DNA of 64,000 nucleotides from Orbicella franksi (Eukaryota): NCBI GenBank assembly GCA_964199315.1, contig OZ116699.1, positions 29,946,001 to 30,010,000 of the forward strand, read 5' to 3'. Shown piece by piece: positions 55,785 to 64,000 of this stretch (position 1 is its first letter; each line of letters starts with the position of its first letter). The notes under the pieces were generated by a model. It saw only the letters and a program-made list of their open reading frames with translations, ran no database searches and was not told where the DNA came from. The position numbers and the translations under genes were made by a program.

Positions 55785-57870
55785 ATGATCGGGAAAGCCA
55801 GTCTCTGGTTTGGGTACTTTGTCCTCTGTACGATTATCTCGTGCACGATATCAACCCCTCCAGTCAGAGTTCAAGGTACTTATAACATTCTCAGAATATC
55901 TATCATTATTCGTTGTGATTTCAAGGCAAAGTGATTCTCTTCTTACTGTCCAAAGACAGTTCAATCTATATTATTGAGATATGCGAGAGAAATCCATTCA
56001 AGAGCAACTGTTAATACTTGTTAGTAGCGATATGCTCGATATTCTACGTACAATTAAGCGATTTACCATATTTCGTCGAACAGTACTGGTAACTCCTGAT
56101 AATTATTGTTATCATTCCCCTCAATAAAGAGCGATTACCGGTTATTTGAGATGAAAGTTACCTGGGGAAAAATCGTTTCGTCCGCTCACAATATCTTTTA
56201 TCCTTTAAAAGTAAGAGAGTATTCGTCTCACCACGGCGAATGCAGTTTACGCCACCAAGCAACTTAAAACAGGAGACAACTTCAATCTAACCTGCGTTCA
56301 CATGAGAATATTAACATAAATCAGTACAAACTGCCCAACGGTTTCTATCAGGAATAACATAACTTATCTTGTTAATACTTACAGAAGCAGTCAGTGCAAC
56401 GGGTTTTTCCTCATATTTTATATGAAATCACTTTTTTGATACTTTTTGTTTACAGATATATAATCGAAATTACAAAAAAATATATGACTCTCAACAATTA
56501 TTTTCGGAAACACTGTTTTCGCACTCATCTTCAACTATGGTGGATTTTATTGAGAAGAATGCATTGTCAAGTATCAAGTGACAAGATGAAAAAAGATAGT
56601 CTATGTTACTCAAACATGAGAACTTGCCAGTGAAACGCGACTATTTTTCTCTTCCGTGTTCTTGTGTGATAAAATATAATGTTCCAGAATAATGTTTAAC
56701 TCTGTTCTCATTTGAGGAACAGTTTCCTTAACCGCTTAAGTATTTCTTTCGACACTTTTTGGGTAGGAAATCCTTATCCGTTTTACCAAAGTCCTGATCC
56801 GGAAACTGGTGACTCAGAGGGACTGGAACTAGAACGACCAGAGTTTGAGAGAGCAGTTAAACGAAATCCAGCCCCGCCTGTAGAGTGCGTGCAATGTTGC
56901 AATAACTTGTGGTAAGTAAACAAGTAGCTTATTTCTTTCATTCTCTTTAATTATTACATGTTTCGTATCTCAAGCACAATACACAAGGATCAGCCTGACT
57001 GCAAGACTGAACAACTTAAAGAGTTATTTATTTGTGGTTTGATCACGCACTCTTCTGAATCTATCTTGAAACTATGATTTATAAGCCGTACTTAGACTGT
57101 ACTTGTCAGGCAGCAGGGTCAAATGATACATTGTAATTAGTAACACTGTGATATAATGCGTCCATTATACTTTCGCCCTGCATTATATTACCAACATTAA
57201 CGGCCTTTTCCGGTACAGTCTGTTTTGTTTATGTGGGTACAGTTAGTACTTTCGGAATTCTATGGTAGTTATTTATCTATCATTTAGAACCTTCGTATAT
57301 CCTATTCCAAAGACCTGACCTGTTGAAGCATTACCGTTTAGTTCTCAGTGCGTGGATCGGTCTGTGTGTCGAGCAAGTTTTCAGAACAGGCGCTAGCTGT
57401 AATCACTAGCTAACTTGAAATTTATGTAATTACATATTGATACGTACCATGCGAGTGAGGCAACTAAGATTTAGAAACTTGGTAGACAGAAGCTTATAAT
57501 TATGCTGTAAAATTATTTATTATCTATATGTTTTTATTGGAAGTAGAGGAAAAAACTCTAGCTTGTCTGCGATGTCTTGGCTATGTTTGCAAAGACCGGA
57601 ACATACGAGTTTCACTCCGTGTTTAAATTGGGGAGTTATTAAAAGCGATTTCTTCATCCTAAAATTCAGTCTATTTACGTTAGTTTTCATAGGACACTTA
57701 AGCGTCTTAGCAGAACATGGCTTATGTTTTTGTCAACGAGCTAACAAGCAACAGGCTATTTGTATTCAGGGTATTAATCTGAGCTAACGGTGTTCAATGT
57801 TGCTCTTTCCAGGTGCTCTTACGTCAACACTCGATGCCTTTGCACTCCACGGTGGAACATCGGCCCTTAA
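55785..57870 (+). CDS. Gene D: secreted six-cysteine peptide precursor (toxin/AMP-like), 97 aa
   Basis: Exons 55785-55875, 56767-56911, 57813-57870. Signal MIGKASLWFGYFVLCTIISCTIS, acidic pro-region ending KR, mature NPAPPVECVQCCNNLWCSYVNTRCLCTPRWNIGP. AATAAA near 57895. Confidence 0.75.
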
Positions 57871-59462
57871 CTTATTACTATTTTTTGATATCAAAATAAA
57901 GCATCATCTCATTTAACAATCGTCTGTTATTTCGTATCAGAATGTGATAGACCGCTATTCGGCTGGGAGGTGTCTAATTTTCCCATAGTATTTAATGAAT
58001 ACGGAAAGGGGCAGGGGAAATAAATATGTTACATTTTGTAGTCCCCGTTTTTACCTCGCAGTGTGTTACAGTTGTCACATAAGCAGTTACATTTTCCCAG
58101 CTCAAACTTCTTTTTCACAGCAGACACACTAAGCCTTTTGAATAAAGAAATTTATTCATTTGATCTGAACATGTGGTGATATCTAAAGAGTTGGACTGGT
58201 TAAATTCTCCAATAATGATTCCTTTTGCGAAAAGATAGAAAATAAAAACATGTGAGCTATTGAAAAGTAATTAGATGTTCAGCAAACGTGTCCTTCGATA
58301 TTTACAGCATCTCCAAAGGAAGTTTGAAACATGAAGTCCCGAAGCAAGAAAAATATTTCAGCCACTCAATAAACTGTATAAAGTAATGTGTTTATCAAAA
58401 CAGTGAACCTCTCCCTAATCAAAACGGATCTGGAAAAATGCCACGAAATACTTCAAAAGAATAACGCAAAAAAAATTCACGACTCCGAAATACAGGTTAT
58501 CCTGCTCGTAAATAGTTAAGTCAATCCAAAAGCGAGTTGCAGCCAGTTTTTTAATACTGCACGAATCGCCGGTTTAGTAGGCTAGAAAGTGCCCTGTAGG
58601 CTAGAAAGTGTCGTTAAATCTTGCGATAATAGCCGGCTCAACAATGGGTGTGTCGAACAGGACTGTAATACATGTTACAAGCCCAGTTGGAATTCTAATG
58701 TGCTAAGTAATGCTCACTTTATTTCAGTACTGCCCAGTTATGATATCAGAAAGACAATTCCCTTAAAGTAGTCAGCTTGAGTGATTTAAAACGTCTTTTC
58801 AAAATCAACTGCCCTTAAACTGTACTTTAAGAAAGAACCAGTTCTGTAGACTTCTCCATAAATGAGTTTCAAGTCAGCTCGGCTTGGGTTATTGACGTCA
58901 GTTATGTTATGTATTTTTTTTCGTGAAACCCATGTGCTGTTGGTGGACTACATAACATGTTATGAATTAAGGAACTCCTGCAGCCCTGGGCACCTGCTAG
59001 AATAAAAACATTTTCTTATTAAGTAAAGCAATTTCGGAAAATAATGAAATCAATTACAGTTCACGCAATTCTGTTGGAGTTGTTTGGAGTCACAGTGAGG
59101 ACTCATTGTCCACCGTTGTTACCATTAACCAGACAAGGCAAAAAGATAGACTATATCTGTCTGAGTAAAATTGTTGGTTTCTTTTCCAAGCTATGGCAAC
59201 TTCGTATCAGATTTGGAAACGTGGTAGAAGCACGACTTTCTCAGTCGATCGCTTCAACTTAATTAAAAAAGAAAAGCGGAACAAAATAAACATTTTAAAA
59301 ATGTAGCAAAATATGCTCAGGTTATAGGAACGAGGTGATAAGAAGCAGCGTGCCACCATAAAAGATTTAAAGGCCGTGGGAGTTAATCGTGTTAACTTCA
59401 TTGTATGGCTCTCTGATTTTCTTGAAATCCGAGTGAGAATCGAGTCAGTTTCAACTGTAGCT

Positions 59463-60914
59463 ATGAAAGGCCTCACTGTCTTTGCTGCGTTGTTTTTCTT
59501 GGCCATAGCACTTCATATTGGTATTCCCGCTCCTTATTTTGATGACAAAGAAAGAGGTACAATTGTTAAATCGTTGTGCACAATATCACCATGCCATTGG
59601 CAATGTTTTTATTTTTTTCACTGATACTCAGGTACACCTTCTTGACGAGCTTTAAATACTATTCTCTAATATGGTACCTCTCTGATATGGTACTTGTATG
59701 TTGTTTTTTGTCGTCGAGTGTATACTGAGCTATTCTAACACAACATTAACCAGATGTTTATTCTGACTTTCGCGGCGATGACGCCAATTCTCCGAGGAAC
59801 GAGTTAGGTCTCAGAGACAATGATTACAGAGACATTTACGACGACAACAGATACGAGGATGTCTCGGAAAGCCTAAGAGAAGCTCTGTTCAACTGTCGAT
59901 GGTAAGGAGAAAAAGTCTCATCACAAGCAAAAAAAGTTACATACCCGTGACTTCACCGAGGAGGGGGTTGATAAAAGGTCATGTAATGAATGATGAGTTA
60001 AAATTCCCAGAAAATCCAATCACGCTCTCCTTGTCTATTGACAAGGTTAAGTCCCGCCGTATAATAGTTTTTTAAGAATCATACCATAACCGTTATAATT
60101 TTCTCGTACTGAACTCTTGATCCTCTTCATCCATGAAAGATATAATCAAGAATTCTCACTTATACTAAGTTCTACACCATTTCTGGCTCGATTCAGTCAG
60201 TCAAGATCTCGTTGACTGGGATTAAGTAGTTTTCTTCTTGTCTGTCATCATCAAACCAGCCCAACGCGAGAGGAGGAAGCGCTCATCTTTATTTTTTTGG
60301 CCATTATTTCCAGCTAAACACTATTTGAATTTTTTTTGTTTTTTACACTAAATGTATATACTTTGTTTTACTGAAGTTTACAATTGACTAAAACGGTTTT
60401 TTAAGGTGGCTCAGAACAATTTTTAAAATTTAAGGTGGCTCTGAACTGTGCCAAACGTTGCTTCCTATCATGCTTATCAAAATTTGATAATATAAAAAAA
60501 ATTCACCGTGCCGTTTTTGAATTGTAAGCCTCTAAAGCTGTAATTAAGGGTGTCTTTAGCAGGTCATACTTTTGCTATGGTAAACCATTGTGTCACAAAA
60601 ATGATAACAACGTGTTCACAAATGATTGGGCAGTTCGTTTATACAATGATTGTAGCATCAAGTGATAAAGAGTGCTTATAATGACCCATCAAAATCTAAC
60701 TGCTGGAATCTGTTTTGTGCCGCCCTGAGTCAAGGAGCTAAGTTGTTTGTCCCAGTAATATAAGGAATTAACAAATTGATAAGTATTTTTTTAAGCATTT
60801 GACTCGACAAATAATTTTCATTAGAAATAATGTACACAAACCCATTACTCTTTCTTTCCTTCCCACAGGTCCAAGATGTTGAATCTTGATAATTGTTCCT
60901 CAGTTTGTCGGTGA
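59463..60914 (+). CDS. Gene E: small secreted peptide precursor with acidic pro-region, 95 aa
   Basis: Exons 59463-59556, 59754-59901, 60869-60914. Signal MKGLTVFAALFFLAIALHIGIP, Asp/Arg-rich pro-region, C-terminus EALFNCRWSKMLNLDNCSSVCR. AATAAA near 61032. Confidence 0.7.
60401..60728. mobile_element. TTAA-type MITE in the last intron of gene E
   Basis: Begins ttaaggtggctc (twice) and ends in a degenerate inverted end (gtgccgccctga). Confidence 0.5.
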
Positions 60915-61943
60915 CAGTCGTTAGCGTAGTTACGTGGCCATTGGATGTGTATCGCAGGCATTCACAACTTCACAGCCTGTAGTAACGAGGAATATATGCT
61001 AGTGTTGAAAAAGCAACACTCTTAGCTTGGAAATAAAGAACACGCATTTAAAACATCGTTGTCCCAAGTAATCGTACACCCAGATCTTCTTTGATCTCTG
61101 CCACGCCCTATTTAAAGCAACAGCTAAAGTACATTTTCTTGCCTGGCTATTTGCTGCAATCAATAGACCTATAAATCTATTTAAAAGTTGTCCTTGCAAA
61201 ATCTTGTGACTTCGTTGTTTGAATCGATGAAGGAATCCTTCGGCGAGCCATGTTCAGCAGGAGTTTGCATGATACAGAGCCACTCCTGTATTTACATCAC
61301 ATATATGATAGTTGAAAATAACTTTTTTTTGGCAAAAAATAAAAATAGAAACCTAATCTGTTAGTACAGTTGCACGGCACGGCGGAAAAACCGCTGCTCA
61401 TGCACAGTAGAGTTCGGTTCGTCTTCCCGCCTTTCCATTTTTAAAATGGCGGACGACGAATCAAAAACGAACACGTCATTGTCATGGCTTTTGGCAACAT
61501 CTTGCTCGCTCAAGGCAATTACAAACAACTCGGCTACTTTGGGCATTGATCCGTGCTGATGTTTTTACTGTGATCGAGAGGATCGAAACGGTGTTGTCAG
61601 TTTTCTCAGGCGATAAAGACAGCTCGTCCGAAAGGAAACTTTCAGCTTTTATTCACCCGAGGTACCGTTTTTCCTTTTCTTAAGGTCGTGTCAAGTTCTT
61701 TAAGGTTTTGAACCGCAATTTCTTGTAGCCTGTCTAATTTTACAGAACATATAAAATATGACTTTTTTTTTTCGTGCTGATGAAAATTTTTAAATGCTAT
61801 TTGTTCTTGGACTTTTGTATCGTTGCCTGAAGAAAGAAAAAGTGGAGGACGAATTCGTAAGTAATACCTAATTTTGTTGTGTTTTTCACTTGTGTGCTAT
61901 TCATTCGTGCCTTGTTTTACCGCTTCAGTGGATGCCATGTACT

Positions 61944-62221
61944 CCCGGAGGGGGGGGGGTACTCTGGGAATTTCTGGGTGGGGATGTGCCGCTGGGTCCC
62001 TGGAGCCTTTAGCCTATACCAGAGCTAGTTCAGCTGAATTTTGCTACCCTATACTAGAGTAAACTCCCCAAATCCCCATATCTATCGACACTATTGCGCC
62101 TGATTTGCGTAAATTTAAACTTGCCGATTTGATTTTTTTTATATTTTTGAGTGGCAATTCCTGGTTTCCTTAGTCTAGAGAAAATCTTCAACCAACTAGT
62201 CAGTTTTGGGAAAAATGATAC

Positions 62222-62260
<39 letters not shown>

Positions 62261-62347
62261 CCTAGAGTAAACTGCTTGAAAACCATACCCTTCACAGCGG
62301 CACATACCTATAAAGCCCATATGTGTTAGTGCCCCCCTCCCCCCGGG
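61944..62347. mobile_element. hAT-type non-autonomous element
   Basis: 8-bp TSD CATGTACT (61936-61943, 62348-62355); cccggagggggg / ccccccggg termini. Confidence 0.85.
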
Positions 62348-62686
62348 CATGTACTGCCATGAACTAAAAACTTGTAGTAAGCTTATAGAGGTTTAATATG
62401 GCATTGTAGAAAGTTGTATCGTACACGTAATACGGCTTGAAGGATAAAATAAATTGCTCTTTGTTAATGTTAGCCTGTGTTTGATATTATGGCTTATGCT
62501 ACTTCGCACTTACTACGATTCTTGTTCCTTGGCTACGCAGCTTTCCCCGCAGCTGCGGGCTTCGTTATTGCAAACATTTCTCCATTGTGCTAACGAAAAA
62601 AGCAATCCGCCAAAAGGGGTTCTTGTTCCACTTTATACTGGGGGAACATTCGTTCTTGTGCAGGCTTGTAGTTACATCGAAATTCA

Positions 62687-62972
62687 GTCAGTGTAAAACG
62701 CAGACTGTGCACTGCAGACTGCAGAGTAATGGGGAAATACATACTGCAGAAATTATTATAACTGAATCGTGTTTTGTCGAGAGCCAACCTTAAATAGGCT
62801 AACTGGAGAAAATATTCAGGCTAACCCTAGAACTATTTAGGCTAAACTCTCACTTCTTTTAGCTTGAATAAGGTTGGTCTGTTTACTGTTAACACACAGT
62901 AACACTTAAAAAGTCTACAGTCTGCATTTTAACACCTGGCCTGCAGTCCAAAGTCTGCGTCATACACTGACC
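62687..62972. mobile_element. MITE with gtcagtgtaaaacgcagac / gtctgcgtcatacactgacc TIRs
   Basis: Inverted termini with repeated ctgcagact motifs. Confidence 0.6.
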
Positions 62973-64000
62973 ACATTGGAAAGCATGCCTTTTTGCAAAA
63001 AGCACCATTGTGAGAAAACACATGAAAACTGCGCCATCCCTCCTCCCCTAGTAGTAAGTTTAAGTCTTGTTCCAAGCAAATACCGTATGCCATCTCTCCT
63101 AGACACTTTTAAGGAGTAGGTTCTGTAGCCTTCACTGCAACAAAATTCTACTGTTTCATATTGTGTTCCAGATAAATTCCATACCCTTGCAGACCCTGCC
63201 ACCAAATTTTGTTTACTCCCTCCCCCAACTTCCAACCATCCTAAGGGGTCACCACCTTATTGTGGAGGGATGGTTTTTGTATCCATGACCCTATGAACTA
63301 TGTCAGCTGGAGTCTTGTACATCTGGTAGGTTGAAGGATAGGGACCAGACAAATTGTGATCACCAGGCTTTCTAGGTTGGGTGTTGGGCTGAGGGCTGAT
63401 AACCCACTACTGTAGAAAATAAGACTATAGCAGATACAGAAGATATTCAAATCTCTATCAACATCAGTGAAGCAACAAGGGCTCATATCGTAACACATGC
63501 ATTTGGAGCAAACCCCTTCCTCTGAACACCCCACTGAAAATGCCAGTTCACCTTCACACATTCCTTTTCAAAATTTTAAGTTTTGAATTCTCGCCCCCCC
63601 CCCCCCCCCCCCCCACTCCTCAGAATTTCCAGTGACCTCCCTTGAGGTGGATATGGTTATCTTCTGGCACCACAATTCACTTTTTGGTAAATTAATCAGA
63701 TCAGGCAATGATGTTTCAGCAAAATGTTTATCTGATTAAAATGCAACTTAGAGATTTGCAATTCCAAAATAACTACATGTAAAAACTACTGTTAAGTTAA
63801 CCTCTCCCATTCCCAAACAAAAAGACCAAACAAGCATGACTAGAATTGTTCCATTAAAAACAACCCTCAAATATAGAAAACTAAACTGAAATAAAAATAA
63901 AATCCAACACAAACAGACAAGCAATGAGCATCATTAAAAAAACTGGATCATTGGATAATGCAATTTGAGAGTTTTCATTGTTTCAGCCATCAGGGGTTAT

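Noticed and set aside
58577-58612. 15-bp direct repeat gtaggctagaaagtg; also the 12-bp tandem at 22735 and (AAAT)n at 8965-9010
   Set aside because: Ordinary slippage duplications with no further structure.
62960-63561. Minus-strand ORFs of 91 and 87 aa with several Cys
   Set aside because: No recognisable domain, signal peptide or convincing splice chain, and flanked by repeat fragments; cannot be supported.

Overview
Eukaryotic, AT-rich, intron-containing DNA, most likely from a stony coral (Cnidaria, Scleractinia). This is inferred from minicollagen-type cysteine-rich domains and the MITE/SINE landscape. By hand-splicing GT-AG exons with consistent phases I reconstruct a tandem cluster of three + strand secreted-protein genes sharing the core CAP(SCP) - 24-nt microexon - C-type lectin - split SEA - minicollagen CRD (CxxxCxxxCxxxCxxxCC) - Pro-rich region with C-x7-C loops. 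The CAP+CTLD+CRD combination is the domain set of Hydra NOWA (nematocyst outer wall antigen). Gene B (27498-41067, ~1806 aa) adds VWA-LamG-EGF at the N-terminus and ends in a second CRD and a 47-aa Lys-rich tail. Gene A (4993-23777, ~1039 aa) is its tandem duplicate, truncated by a stop codon formed exactly at the duplication junction. Gene C (45336-52531, ~988 aa) is an older paralog with an acidic N-terminus and (Met-Pro)n tracts. An intron of gene A holds a decayed CR1/L2-type LINE (9263-16960) with a nested Gypsy element (11959-16213). Two small three-exon secreted Cys-peptide precursor genes (55785-57870, 59463-60914) follow. The rest is MITEs, SINEs and intergenic DNA. All gene models are manual predictions without transcript evidence.
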